A DNA stretch of 64,000 bases from Octopus bimaculoides (GCF_001194135.2 NC_068990.1:41095674-41159673); one strand, 5' to 3'; positions 1 to 14,225 are shown, counted from the first letter of the stretch. Numbers and translations: made by a program. Notes: generated from the letters alone by a model not told the origin.

Positions 1-1032
1 TATATATATATATATATATATATATGCATTTACACACACACACATATGCATACACGCAGAGAGACTTAGAGGGAGGGGCAAGAGAGACAATAAAGAAAGT
101 GTGAGTAAAGTGGGAGGAGCAGCAAAAGCAAAAACAATGGTGAAAGGGATGCAAAGGCAAAATACACACACACAAATATATATACATATGTGTTTGTATG
201 TGTGTGTGTATATATATGTAAGTGTGTGTGTGTGTCTGTATGTGTATATACACATGTACATATTTTATTAAATATCTAGTATACAATATATCTGTCTATG
301 CATGTTTGTAATAAGTGCGTTTAACATTTATGTGCGCATGCATATCCCCGTCAATTCTTTAACGAGTATATTCTTTTGCATAGAAGCTATCCAATGGACT
401 TAATCTAACGTTCAAATTACCTGAGTTAGCGCCCACGCCCCAAATATTACTGCTAAATTTTATTTATCTAATCTTGTGTTGTCCTTTACCATTCATTATG
501 TAGTCTTATTGCTTGCCATATTGGATCTTAGCCTCACGCTTTGCTGATCTTGCCAGAAGTTATGCATCCGACAGCAACATCGGTGTGAAACTTAAGTAGC
601 CATTTCTGTAACTGAGTAATGTAGAAAGACCACTATTCACTCTCTTTCATATACATAACTAATTAATTAATTAAATAAATCATAACAGATACCTGTTTCT
701 AAGCTAAGCTATATTTTCTGTACCTTTTTAAACATACGTGAAAACATCTTATTTTTCCCTCGGTACATAGAAAAATAAAGGACATATTTCTTGGTTCATG
801 CTTACTCAACAGAGAACAAATACTTCTTCATTCTCCGCTTAAGAAAAGAAATTACAATATATTACTATTTATGTGAAACGCTGACTAGAATTAAAATGGC
901 GCGGCTCCTCTTATTTGCACACCATGCGCTTTTGAGTGGCGTCATTAAAGATTTAATAAATATTCATGTACAGTACATTGTGTATTGGAAAAACCAATAT
1001 GTGTGTTTGTTCGTGTGTGTGTGTTCGTGTTT

Positions 1033-1101
<69 letters not shown>

Positions 1102-2449
1102 CGTGTGTGTATGTGCCTCTGTGCTTGAGTGCGACTGTGCATGTGTGTATTACAACGTATTTTTTAAGTCTATACTTGTGTTTACATATTTCTCAAAACC
1201 GGTATTGTTGTTTATGTTGAGCCTTTTTTATGCCCTGTAACTTAATGATTCAACAAATACAGACTGATCAATATAATAAGTACTAGACTAACATAATTAC
1301 TTTCAGTCGATATGATCGACTAAATCTTTAAAATATTTTGCTACAACGTGGTTACAGCGCAATAGCATAAGCAAGTTAAAGAATAAAAAAGAAAAAAACA
1401 AAGTTATACATGCGTCGATGTGTTTATGTGTATGTATGTTCCCATGCGTCTGTATGCACTTGTGAAAATATTCTGATATCAAATTCTTTAGCACTTCACC
1501 GTTACGTTAATCCCATACTCTGTTTCTTTTTCTCCTTTTAACTTTCGGTCATTAAACATACTAAAAATGTAATAATAAGAATAAAATTGAAAACAAACAT
1601 TAAAAAATAAAATGGTTGAACTGAAGAAAAATATCTCAGGGCATGCTAATATTTGTATTGTCGGAAAACCCGTACACTATTTAAATTTCATGTAGTCATG
1701 ATTTGTAGTAACCCTATGTAAACAAAAATTTCTGGTAACCTGACTTTTGGAAAATAATTGTCAATCATTCTTTTTAATTAGTAAAAATCAATTAGTAAAT
1801 TAGTATCAAAGTTCATTGATTTTCTGAATATATTTATACCGTCAGCTGAGTACAAAATCTAATTGCACATGTCTGGTAGCAGGATAAATGATATTTGAGT
1901 AAGGGCAAAGAGTGTGAGTCAAATGTGACTGAACAAGAATCCAATCGTTTTAGTGTGATTCTCTAGAAAGAGTCAATTTTGACACTAATTCCCCAAAATG
2001 TAAAGGTCTCTTCGAAGGTAAAATTCACAAGTATTGACGATGTTCAGAAGCTGAGAATGTTGTCACACAAGTTGGGCGTCATAAAACACAACCAGTTGAA
2101 CTTTCTTGATGTTTAGGAATCAACGAGATTTTTGCTGCCAAAAAAAAAAAAAAAAAAAACACTTGCACAGCTCTTCTACCAAAAATTACCTCAAACACCT
2201 GGATTTTTCACTGACTAAGAACTCCATCAACAAATGAAACATACGCTCGGATAGTCAAGTGAGAACGGAACCATTTCAAGCTACAAGGCACGAGATGAGT
2301 TCATTGTCTGGCTTTTGCTACTGTTCTTTAACAAACAACTGCACCCGTTAAAAAATGATATTTGGATATCATTCGCTTAATTATCACAATCTCAGCTTGA
2401 TATTGGAATTATACAACAGATCCATTGCTTTCAATGCCACCGTTACTGT

Positions 2450-3010
2450 GTGCTTAAGTACTTGTATTTGTAAAATATTGTATATATTTCTTTTCCAGCA
2501 ATATTTGCAGGCGTAAATATGAAGCATAGAAGCAATTGCTTTCAATTCTGAAGTTGTCTTGACAACTGCAAGAGAAACTATCTAGAATCGATAACTCAGA
2601 CGCGATGTTTTTTTCCTTGGATCCATCCAGCAAGTAAGTCATCTGCGATTTGTAGAAAATCTTAGTAACAATTCTCGAGACACGCACTGATTCTGACTTA
2701 TATGAGGGATTATAATCTTCCCAAGCTATTAAGGCTGTCAAGTGTCAAGAGACGAATAGCAATTTTCTGAAATTGTGAAACATTGAATAATTACATATTT
2801 TCATCAGCTCCACCTGCATATGGCGTTGAAGTTTTCAAGTAGGTTTGAAGATAAAGACAGCTTCAGAACATTTTAACTTTCGTATTTTGTGCTAGCAGCA
2901 TAGATAGTGAGAATAGATGTTGCAGGTATCGAGGATAAGTTGAAAGATGTGGTGTAATTGTAGTAGTCCTTAGTCAAATCTCTGTTCGGAATTGATTTCT
3001 GAACAGGGTT
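2450..3010 (-). mobile_element. Highly decayed LINE RT relic (possibly L2/Daphne-like)
   Basis: IYAASTKY...LSLSSNLLENFNAICRWS**KYVIIQCFTIS weakly resembles the post-YADD region. Many stops. Confidence 0.3.
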
Positions 3011-3282
3011 TCTTTAGAATCATCAATTTATCTTTTGCCATTTTCATCTATCTATCTATCTATCTATCCATCTATCTATCTATCTTAATAATCAACCCTT
3101 TTAACGATTAACCCTTTCAAGACGCTTAACAATTAACCCTTTCAAGATGTTTAACAATTAGTGCGCATTTTCTGAAGCATTAAATCATATTTTTAACAAA
3201 ATCACTGGCACACCTAGAAATTCCTTGCCGCACACCGTTTAAGTATCATTAACATACAGTAGTTATACACACACAGACACGG

Positions 3283-3343
<61 letters not shown>

Positions 3344-3976
3344 NNNNNNNNNNNNNNNNNNNNNNNNNNNNNNNNNNNNNNNNNNNNNNNNNNNNNNNNN
3401 NNNNNNNNNNNNNNNNNNNNNNNNNNNNNNNNNNNNNNNNNNNNNNNNNNNNNNNNNNNNNNNNNNNNNNNNNNNNNNNNNNNNNNNNNNNNNNNNNNNN
3501 NNNNNNNNNNNNNNNNNNNNNNNNNNNNNNNNNNNNNNNNNNNNNNNNNNNNNNNNNNNNNNNNNNNNNNNNNNNNNNNNNNNNNNNNNNNNNNNNNNNN
3601 NNNNNNNNNNNNNNNNNNNNNNNNNNNNNNNNNNNNNNNNNNNNNNNNNNNNNNNNNNNNNNNNNNNNNNNNNNNNNNNNNNNNNNNNNNNNNNNNNNNN
3701 NNNNNNNNNNNNNNNNNNNNNNNNNNNNNNNNNNNNNNNNNNNNNNNNNNNNNNNNNNNNNNNNNNNNNNNNNNNNNNNNNNNNNNNNNNNNNNNNNNNN
3801 NNNNNNNNNNNNNNNNNNNNNNNNNNNNNNNNNNNNNNNNNNNNNNNNNNNNNNNNNNNNNNNNNNNNNNNNNNNNNNNNNNNNNNNNNNNNNNNNNNNN
3901 NNNNNNNNNNNNNNNNNNNNNNNNNNNNNNNNNNNNNNNNNNNNNNNNNNNNNNNNNNNNNNNNNNNNNNNNNNNN

Positions 3977-4024
3977 GTGGTGGTGGTGGGATTGGTGGTG
4001 GTGGTGGTGGTGATGGTGATAGTG

Positions 4025-4076
<52 letters not shown>

Positions 4077-4152
4077 TAGTAGTAGTTGTAGTAGAGAAAA
4101 TGATGTGTCCAATAGTGCAATGTGTCCTACTACAATTTATTTCTTGCTTAGT

Positions 4153-4214
<62 letters not shown>

Positions 4215-4260
4215 TTATTATTATTACTACTACTACTACTACTACTACTCCTACTACTAC
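3977..4260. repeat. Compound trinucleotide microsatellite (GGT/AGT then ACT/ATT)
   Basis: Read directly. Confidence 0.95.
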
Positions 4261-4379
4261 TTTCAGAATTTCCTTCAAGTACTTCAGCTGTCATTCACTT
4301 GTTTGTTTCTGTTCCATCAATTGGCCGCTAAAAACTGCGTGTTTAATCGGCTGTCTTCTATTCAAAGCATGTGTCCCAC

Positions 4380-4720
4380 CCACCAAGGGCACTTCTTGAT
4401 GTTGGTTGATTCGAAGCAGGAGATTTCTTCCTCTTTGAGAAAGCTATTGTTGGTTTTGTAGTTCTCACATTTGGTCTTTTTGGAAACAACCAGTAATTGG
4501 ATCAAATATCGACGGCAGAAAACTCAGATTTCTTATCTATGCAGGAGGGAAGGGAATGATATCTTGCTTATACTCGAGTAACTTCGCATCAGACCAGAAG
4601 TCTCAGAGTTCAAAAGCGTCTAAGAGCACTTCCTGCAATTTGCAAATGCTGTCTATTGAGGGATCGTAAGATAGTCTTCGTAGCATGTCTTGGTAGCTTT
4701 GAAGGAGACTCTTACCATTT
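4380..4720 (-). mobile_element. Possible decayed LINE RT relic
   Basis: FWSDAKLL...VSKKTKCENYKT weakly resembles PKKGxxxxCxNYRPISL. Many stops. Confidence 0.25.
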
Positions 4721-5432
4721 GTGTCCACCTGAAGTTAACTTTTTGTAACCTTGTCTTTTCATTAATAATCTTAAAGCACATGGGTTAATCTCTGTATCAG
4801 GGATTGACTTTTTATTGTCTTCAATTATTCATTCTATTTCTAATTCCTTCACCATTTCTTTTAGAGCTACGACACTGAAATTTTTTGGTAAGGGTTGAAC
4901 TCTAATGCCAAATTTTCAGCAAATGTTATGATGACCAGGACAGTTTTTGTGCAAATCATTACGGTCCCAAGACCTGAAATCGAAAACTGATTTAAATCAA
5001 ATCTGTACTAGTACTGCGCTGATCCAGATCTTGGCGCGGAGGTAACTCAAATTTTTCATTCGTAGAGTTGTTGGGATCGAATCGACATATGTCTGACGAT
5101 TTAAAACTCAGTGATATTGTAGATTTAGCTCAATTGAGTATGAATTTCTGTTGAGTTTATTTGATACTCAGAGAAACATGTTTTCAGTGATCTTATATTG
5201 TAATTATATAAATATTTAACTATTATGAATATTGAGTGTTCCTTCATTTGTCATATAACACTTGTTCAACCATCTTCTATACATATACATACACATACTA
5301 CAGGCATACAAATGTGTGTCTGTGTTTGGCTGCGGGCTGGTGCGTATGTATGTGCTAGTGCGTTTGTGTATGTAAAAAGATTGATGCATTTATTTGTCTA
5401 AACTTAGAGGCAAACAAGCAGCATAAATATAT

Positions 5433-5890
5433 GTGCATGCGCATGGGACTGTTTTTCCTAACTCGCGCGCGAGTGACTTTTGTATTTATTCTTAGACATG
5501 ATGATAAAAGAAAAAATATACATGTATAAACATATGTATAACTAACTACCTGTTTGGTTTGTAACTTCGTTTGTCAATCTAAAAAAATGTGATCGGGTTA
5601 GAGGAGGAGGATAAGTGGAACATGAGAATGAGAAAAAAAGAGAGAGAGAGAGAGAGAGAGGGGAGGAGGAGAGGAAAGGAAAGAAGAAAGCGAGAGAGGA
5701 AGGGGAGGTAGAGAGGGTGGGGAGTGACTATGAGTGGTACGCGGTTTGAGAAAACAAGAAAGATGGCAGCCGAAGAGACGAAACATCCAGGACGGGAAAA
5801 ATAACAAGAGCTAAAATGGCAGCCAAAAACAAACACTAATTTCTGTCTGTTTTGATCGGAAAGTGGCGTTGATGGCGACTTCCTGTTATA
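5433..5890. promoter_or_regulatory. Promoter-like motif cluster
   Basis: GTGCATGCGCAT (NRF1-like), the perfect palindrome ACTCGCGCGCGAGT (5461-5474), AAGATGGCAGCC and AAAATGGCAGCC (YY1-like), and CGGAAAGTG and GATGGCGACTTCCTG (ETS-like). Confidence 0.3.
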
Positions 5891-6139
5891 CATTTATAGC
5901 AAAGCCTGTGTGTTGTGGCATTGTTTGGAGCCCAGTAAGACCCTGTGTGCTTATATGCATGGATCGTATATGAGCACCTATATATGTGCGTCTGTGAGTG
6001 TGCTTGTACTTGTGTGTGCGTGTGTGCGTGTGTGTGTGAGTGTGTGTGTGAGTGTGTGTGTATGTGTGTGTGTGTGAGATTGTCGATATTTCTGATGTTC
6101 ACATTGAGCTTGAGTAAATTTCTGTGTTCGTATTTTAAC

Positions 6140-6142
6140 ATG

Positions 6143-6210
<68 letters not shown>

Positions 6211-6687
6211 CGTGTGACCGCGTAAGTGTGTATTTGTGTGTTTGTGTGTTTGTGTGTTTGTGTATGCTTGATAATGTTTATGTGTGTATATGTGAGCTAT
6301 ATTTATAGTGCTTGAGGTGAAAGTTTGTCTTAGGAGGGAGGGTGTCTTCTAAATTACATTTCATTTATTTTCAGATGATAGTTGCTATCGTTTTTATATT
6401 CGTCGTCGTCATCGTTGTTGTCAATATGTTGTTAAAGATGATGATGATGATGATGATGATGAGGATGATAATGGAAATGGTGATGATTTTGATTATGATG
6501 ATAATGTGGATGTTAATGAGAAATTTTCGGTGCTGTTGTTAATGTGATTGTTGTTAGTGTGCAACATTTCTGACATATCATTACAGTAACAGAAACAAAA
6601 GATGGAAATGAATGCCTTAATGACAAAAATTGATGGCGTCCCTTGGTGATTCTAGTATTAATAACAACGTACATACCATAAATATTA

Positions 6688-6719
<32 letters not shown>

Positions 6720-6985
6720 GTTATTATTATTGTTATTGTTATTGTTATTGTTGTTGTTGTTGTTATTATTATTGTTATTGATTGTTATTATTATTATTAT
6801 TCGTTATTGACCAAAATAAGTAATGATCGGTATTTTAAATTTTATTGATATTATGAGCAGCAGCTGCATCATCATCATCATCATCATCATCATCGTCGTC
6901 GTCGTCGTCATCATCATCATCAGCAGCAGCAGTAGTTGTAGTTGTAGTAGTAGTAGTAGTTGTTGTAGTTGCAGTAGTAGTGTGA
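6140..6985. repeat. (TG)n followed by compound (GAT)n, (ATT/GTT)n and (CAT/CGT/CAG/AGT)n
   Basis: Read directly. Confidence 0.95.
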
Positions 6986-7511
6986 GAAGGTGGTGCCGTA
7001 GCAGTGGCTAGAAATAATAGTGGAAATCAATGTTTGTAATTATAATGACGGTAAAGTCGAAAAAAAAAAAGAAATAAAAAACAGAAGCAAAAAGCAACAG
7101 ATAAAATAATGAAGCGAGGTTATTCCTTGACGTTGCACTAATTTCGGTGTTCATATCTCAGCGAGGAAAATTTGTCTTTTATTCGTCCCTCTGGTAAGAA
7201 TAAAAATAAAGCATCAGTTGACTACTGCAGATGATAAATATTCGCATAATTCTTTGAAGACCTGGGTTCAATTGGGGCTTAAGTATCGACCACAACAATA
7301 TCATATCTGTGACCTGGGCACATCGGTGTGATGAAAATGTTGACTCCTCGACGAATAAATGAAAAGGTCATCTAATGGCTTTTGTGTTTTAATTGCAAAT
7401 TTTACTTTTTCCGTTATGTATATACCGTGTTCGCTTACTCACAGATAAATACATACATACATACACACGCGCAGATCTATAACTGCATACATATGCATAT
7501 ACATATATAGG

Positions 7512-7556
<45 letters not shown>

Positions 7557-7559
7557 GTA

Positions 7560-7610
<51 letters not shown>

Positions 7611-7627
7611 ATATATATCTATATCTA

Positions 7628-8095
7628 TATGAGGTCTCATCAATAAATATCCGGACTGTTGCCATAGTAACGAAGCTAAAGCACGCAGAGTAAAGCTGCT
7701 AGGTAAAAATTCACCTTGAACTCTGCTGTGCATGCGCACTAAGTTTTAACGTTCTACCGCTGCTCGGCTGTTTACAGTAGTGCCTAAAGGAAGATGTGTA
7801 GCGTGTGATCGTCGCATTGGCCATGACAGAAAATGATGGTATAGCGATACCTGCTCAGAGGTCTGCGCAAAGTTGTAGAAAGTTATGTAGAGGAGCGTAT
7901 GAGCCGCACACAAGTATACGAGTGGTTCAGACGTTACCAAGATGGCCGAAAAAATGTCGATATTGACGAAAGTTCCAGGAGAGCCGCAACCAGCAGAACT
8001 GAGATCGTGATCTGTTCTCCGAGAGATGCAGCACGATGTTTTGCCAGTGAACGGGTCGCGATTTCAAAGCGACGAAAATATTTTAACACGATTAA
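7628..8095 (+). mobile_element. Internally deleted mariner transposon remnant
   Basis: Starts with a mariner-like TIR (TATGAGGTCTCATCAATAAATATCCGGACT). Translates to the HTH region DTCSEVCAKL*KV..MSRTQVYEWFRRYQDGRKNVDIDESSRRAATSRT. This is followed almost directly by the C-terminal-like PVNGSRFQSDENI. Stops and frameshifts are present. Confidence 0.8.
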
Positions 8096-8438
8096 ATTTA
8101 AATGTTGAAGTGAAACTAACTGATTTCGTGTGTTCTTAAATGGCAATTGTTTATATATATATATGATGAACTGTCCTGTTGTAAATGACCGATGAAGGTC
8201 TAACAACCTGCACAAATGGTTTGTTTACAATGATCAGTTGTGCTGTACATTATTTCACTCCCACCGTCAAATCGACGTTGCTTCTGCAGATGCATAGTGT
8301 GACACGCATCAGGTATTGAGGTGAAAGCGGAGCAACGGGAAACGAAGTAATTTACTCAAAAACACAACTCACAGCTTGGTCCGGTAATTGAAATCAAGAT
8401 CTTGCAACCGCGAGCGCATACGTTTACATGCATATATA

Positions 8439-8846
8439 GGCGCAGGAGAGGCTGTGTGGTAAGTAGCTTACTTACCAACCACATGGTTCCGAGTTCAGTC
8501 CCACTGGGTGGCACCTTGGGCAAGTGGGCTACTATAGCCTCGGGCCGACCAAAGCCTTGTGAGTGGATTTGGTAGACAGAAACTGAAAGAAGCCCGCCGT
8601 ATATATGTATATATGTATGTGTGTGTATATGTTGTGTATCTGTGTTTGTCCCCCCAATATTGCTTGACAATCGATGCTGGTGTGTTTACGTCCCCGTAAC
8701 TTAGCGGTTCGGCAAAAGAGACCGATAGGATAAGTACTAGACTTACAATGAATAAGTCCTGGGGTCGATTTCATTCGACTAAAGGCGGTGCTCCAGCATG
8801 GCCGCAGTCAAGTGACTGAAACAAATAAAAGAAAGAAAAAGAAAAA
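8439..8846 (+). mobile_element. Full-length tRNA-derived SINE family B
   Basis: Head GGCGCAGGAGAGGCTGTGTGGTAAGTAGC...GAGTTCAGTCCC, then an internal (TA/TG) microsatellite, body CTTAGCGGTTCGGCAAAAGAGACCG, and tail CAGCATGGCCGCAGTCAAGTGACTGAAACAAATAAAAG. Confidence 0.92.
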
Positions 8847-8847
8847 A

Positions 8848-9081
8848 TATTTTGGGTTTTCCGGAAAGTTCGTGCCGATTTATAGTAGCTTACCTTTCTA
8901 CTTATTTGCCATGAAACCACCTCAATTCTGGGAAGACAGTATTTTCAAGTTAAAGGAAAGATGGAGACGCATTTTGCAACAAAGTGGTTCATATTTGGTT
9001 GATTAAAAATGTAACGGCAAGTATTTATTGACCTTTTTCTTTCCTTTAAAAAGCGGCACGAACTTTCCAGACAACTCAATA
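8848..9081 (+). mobile_element. ~234-bp non-autonomous mariner (MITE-like) with both TIRs
   Basis: The left end TATTTTGGGTTTTCCGGAAAGTTCGTGCCG and the reverse complement of the right end (TATTGAGTTGTCTGGAAAGTTCGTGCCG) form ~28-bp inverted repeats. The interior encodes only a mariner C-terminus, FAMKPPQFWEDSIFKLKERWRRILQQSGSYLVD*. Confidence 0.85.
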
Positions 9082-9109
9082 AAAGATTAAGTCAACAGTT
9101 ATATGTTCC

Positions 9110-9420
9110 CTTGTTTCTGTAATTTATTGAAACAAAAGTAAGGGTTGGAAAATTATATCATTTTTCGACATAGTCAGTTTTTCAATGCACTTCTTCCAGC
9201 GGTCCACAGGCTTGCTTATTCCAGAAGAATTTTTCCGGTTGGGCGCGCAGTGTTTTATGTACCACATTCTACGTATCTTCGTTTGTAGCAAAACGACAAC
9301 CTAGTAAAGGATGTCTGAGCGTTCCAAAGAGGTGATAGTTGGAAGGGGCGAGATCTTGACTGTATACCGGTTGTTCCAGTAACTTAAAACCTAGTTAGTG
9401 GTTTTAGTGGTCCTAGCAGG
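9110..9420 (-). mobile_element. Mariner transposase pseudogene fragment (C-terminal catalytic region)
   Basis: The minus strand reads LGFKLLEQPVYSQDLAPSNYHLFGTLRHP (YSPDLAPSD motif) ... GISKPVDRWKKCIEK..YVEK*, with stops and frameshifts. Confidence 0.85.
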
Positions 9421-10625
9421 GTTGAAAGATCGAATATTTCCAATGAAGCATTCAATCGGAGCGTTGGGCTATCTACACTGTCGGATTCCATTCTAACATC
9501 GAAATTCTTCAGGTGAAGAAAATTCAGGTTTCACAACGGGGAATCGTTCTATGAGTTTAGTGAAAAGTAAAATATAATAACAATATGACAAAGAAATATT
9601 TTAACACATCATTAATGACCAGTTAGAGATGTTTCTGTACCAGCTCTATTTTTAACGCCAGTTCACACGAAAGTTCCAAGTGAAAATATACGTAATATTT
9701 TCGGTCTTAAACATTAAAGTGTCACTTCAACAGACCTGCAACAAAGGTGCGCTCTTGTATCATTCGTCCACCGGCTTATGTGCTTTGCTTATAACGGGAG
9801 GAAAGAAAAAGTAAATAAAGATATGTAAATAGATGGTGAAATGATGAACAGGGCAAGAACAGTGTCAATACGAAAGCNNNNNNNNNNNNNNNNNNNNNNN
9901 NNNNNNNNNNNNNNNNNNNNNNNNNNNNNNNNNNNNNNNNNNNNNNNNNNNNNNNNNNNNNNNNNNNNNNNNNNNNNNNNNNNNNNNNNNNNNNNNNNNN
10001 NNNNNNNNNNNNNNNNNNNNNNNNNNNNNNNNNNNNNNNNNNNNNNNNNNNNNNNNNNNNNNNNNNNNNNNNNNNNNNNNNNNNNNNNNNNNNNNNNNNN
10101 NNNNNNNNNNNNNNNNNNNNNNNNNNNNNNNNNNNNNNNNNNNNNNNNNNNNNNNNNNNNNNNNNNNNNNNNNNNNNNNNNNNNNNNNNNNNNNNNNNNN
10201 NNNNNNNNNNNNNNNNNNNNNNNNNNNNNNNNNNNNNNNNNNNNNNNNNNNNNNNNNNNNNNNNNNNNNNNNNNNNNNNNNNNNNNNNNNNNNNNNNNNN
10301 NNNNNNNNNNNNNNNNNNNNNNNNNNNNNNNNNNNNNNNNNNNNNNNNNNNNNNNNNNNNNNNNNNNNNNNNNNNNNNNNNNNNNNNNNNNNNNNNNNNN
10401 NNNNNNNNNNNNNNNNNNNNNNNNNNNNNNNNNNNNNNNNNNNNNNNNNNNNNNNNNNNNNNNNNNNNNNNNNNNNNNNNNNNNNNNNNNNNNNNNNNNN
10501 NNNNNNNNNNNNNNNNNNNNNNNNNNNNNNNNNNNNNNNNNNNNNNNNNNNNNNNNNNNNNNNNNNNNNNNNNNNNNNNNNNNNNNNNNNNNNNNNNNNN
10601 NNNNNNNNNNNNNNNNNNNNNNNNN

Positions 10626-10760
10626 CTTGACAGTTCGGCAAAAGACCGTTGCAAAAGTACTACACTTAAAAAATAAGTACTGGTGTCGATTTGTTACGAG
10701 TGAAACCCTTCAAGGTGGTGCCCCATCATGGCTGATTTTCAGTGTCAGAATTAAGTAAAA
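10626..10760 (+). mobile_element. SINE family B 3' half at gap edge
   Basis: GTTCGGCAAAAGACCG...ATAAGTACTGGTGTCGATTTG...CATGGC...AAGTAAAAG. Confidence 0.7.
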
Positions 10761-11102
10761 GTTAAAAGATGTGTGTGCGTGCGTGTGTTTGTTTGTGAAA
10801 CGCTTCGAATGCTTGCAACAGATTGAAGTCCGCCAAAATCAACCACCGAGTAGGTGGTCAAACGGACCACAGATTAAGCCAACCACACAAGAAGTTAAGT
10901 TGTTAAAGGGCGGAGCAAACATCGTAAGTTCAACACTAACAATTCTTTCAACCCACTGGTACTTAATTTGTATTGAAAGATGAAAAGCAATTGACCTCTG
11001 CTATAATTGAACTTGCAACACAGATTTGGAAAAAATACTTGCTTTTTGCCCTAAAGACTCTGTCTATATATGATGTCAGAGATAGATACATCGATAAATT
11101 GC

Positions 11103-11645
<543 letters not shown>

Positions 11646-12391
11646 GCTACTATTCTTGATCTTGCTGCTGCCATGCTGCTGCCATGCCGCTACTGCTGCT
11701 ACTGCTGCTACACGTTTTATTTTCTTTTTCAGTTGAAATGTGTATATTCGGTTTGGTCAACAAAAACACCAAAAATTTCTGCATCAAAGATAACAGCAAC
11801 AACAGCAAGAAACAAATCAACAAAATAAAACGGGAGGAGGAAAAAAAAGCAGAATATTTCATTCTGCTCGCTGCTGTGTTTATGAAGCAGCTTTTGTTTA
11901 TCACATGCTCTATTAAATAGTATCGCAGTAAAGAGGCCACCGTGTCTATTAAATGACATCAAAAGCCTGTTTTGTGGTGAAACAGGTACTGAACACGATC
12001 GCACACTAGAAACAATGACTAGAAACTAATTTGATTTCCGCCACCACAGAAATTCCATTATTATTTCACTGTTTTTCAATTATATTATTTACAAATGACC
12101 CTTACAATTTTTTCCTTCTTTTATTTTGTTGTTATTCTACATTTGCTTATTTTTCGCTTTTATTTTCATTTCTTTTTCCAATGCATGACTTTCAGAGCAT
12201 TTTTGTGAGTCTTTTGCTTATTTTGTTATTGGTATTGGGTTTTTTCTAATGCTTTCGATTAATATCACATAGTGGTAAGTGGTAAGTGAATATAATTTAA
12301 CACCAGATGTTATAACACTTTCCCGACACATGTTCATACAGGCACAAGCAAGTATTCAAGTACAAACTAATCTGTATAGACACACACACAC

Positions 12392-12422
<31 letters not shown>

Positions 12423-13054
12423 TACATACATACATACATATATATANNNNNNNNNNNNNNNNNNNNNNNNNNNNNNNNNNNNNNNNNNNNNNNNNNNNNN
12501 NNNNNNNNNNNNNNNNNNNNNNNNNNNNNNNNNNNNNNNNNNNNNNNNNNNNNNNNNNNNNNNNNNNNNNNNNNNNNNNNNNNNNNNNNNNNNNNNNNNN
12601 NNNNNNNNNNNNNNNNNNNNNNNNNNNNNNNNNNNNNNNNNNNNNNNNNNNNNNNNNNNNNNNNNNNNNNNNNNNNNNNNNNNNNNNNNNNNNNNNNNNN
12701 NNNNNNNNNNNNNNNNNNNNNNNNNNNNNNNNNNNNNNNNNNNNNNNNNNNNNNNNNNNNNNNNNNNNNNNNNNNNNNNNNNNNNNNNNNNNNNNNNNNN
12801 NNNNNNNNNNNNNNNTAGATAGATAGAAAGATAGACAAATACATATATAAATATATACATATACACATACACACATATATATATATATATATATATATCA
12901 ATAACAAACACACATGCACACATAGACATACACGCACACACGTCTCAGAAACGTTGTGTCACTCTTGAAAAAGCAGTAACTGCATCTCCCCAGAACGTAG
13001 GAACCTATATAAACCCAGAAACATCTCTCTTTTCTTCCCTACTCTCTCTCTCAC

Positions 13055-13123
<69 letters not shown>

Positions 13124-14010
13124 TAAATAAAAAATATATGACAAGGATGTACAAACAACATTAGCAAGAAAGAAATAGAAACAATGCATTATTACAAATA
13201 AATAAAACTAAGATAATCAACTATTTTCCTCCATTAAAAATAAAACAAGTAACAGTAACTGAAGTTGGTATAGCTCCACTTCTAGGCACCAAGTCTTTAT
13301 CGCCGTATCAAAACGTTTTTTAAATTGTTAGACAATCGTTTTTCCCAACCATAAGTGTTGTAGAATTTTCAGTAAAACTTCATGCAAATCTTTTATTTTA
13401 TCACATCTAAATTTAAACAAACATTATTTCATAAGATTAGATATACATGTACTATTACTCTGCTAACCAGCAATCTACATCGTATGATAGCCCAAACTTG
13501 AATTAGTGTACACATGAACATTGATGTACTTCTTTAGCACTATCTTAATAGGAATAGAAACCCTGACTGGAAATTAGATATTTGATAAATATAGAATTCT
13601 TTCGGAATTGTATAAACTCAGTATCTTCATTCATTTTGGATTGACCTTGCAACTCATGAAATTACATCTGGAGAGGCAAAAATATTATTAAATTTGATGC
13701 AAAGTAGAAATTAATTTGTGCATCCACACCGTATAAGCATTGTAATAGGTCTTGCAGCTAGTGCACTTCAGAAACTTGGGAAAATTTAATATTTAATCTC
13801 TAAAATTTCTGTCATTAAGAAAATTTCGGTGCTGATTTCAAGTAGTGTGCACGGAAGGTACAGCACACGAACTTTTTCAAACCATTTCTCTGATAACTGA
13901 GATCAGAGAACCTACAAAGTGATTCCCATTTATGTTTAAAGCTGGTTTATTGTGAAACAATGTTTGCATTCTTGGAATTATTTGGTAAAATGAATTTCAA
14001 TATTCAATGA

Positions 14011-14225
14011 AGTCATTGAATTGGCAGAACCGTTACTACGCCGAGCAAAATGCTTATCGGCACAACGTCCGCCCTTACGTTCTGAGTTCAAATTCCATCG
14101 AGGTCGACATTGCCTTTCATCCTTTCGGGATCGATAAAATAAGTACCAGTTGAACACTGGAATCGATGTAATCAACTAACCTCCTCTCCTGAACATTCTG
14201 GCCTTATGCCAAAACTTGAAATTAT
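14011..14225 (+). mobile_element. SINE family A monomer
   Basis: TTGGCAGAACCGTTAC...GAGTTCAAATTCC...GCCTTTCATCCTTTCGGGATCGATAAAATAAGTACCAG. Confidence 0.85.

Noticed and set aside
791-1240. ORFs rich in CV/HT/YI/ER/SL dipeptides, here and throughout the track
   Set aside because: They are translations of dinucleotide microsatellites with no coding signal.
2015-2340. Possible mariner relic (KFTSIDDVQK)
   Set aside because: Similarity is too short, with no TIR or catalytic motif.
3101-3160. 25-bp tandem duplication (a similar one lies at 19672-19721)
   Set aside because: Only about two copies, consistent with ordinary slippage.
12273-12281. 9-nt microexon candidate (TAG|TGGTAAGTG|GTAAGT)
   Set aside because: It is explained by a 7-bp tandem duplication of GGTAAGT, and one frame has a stop.
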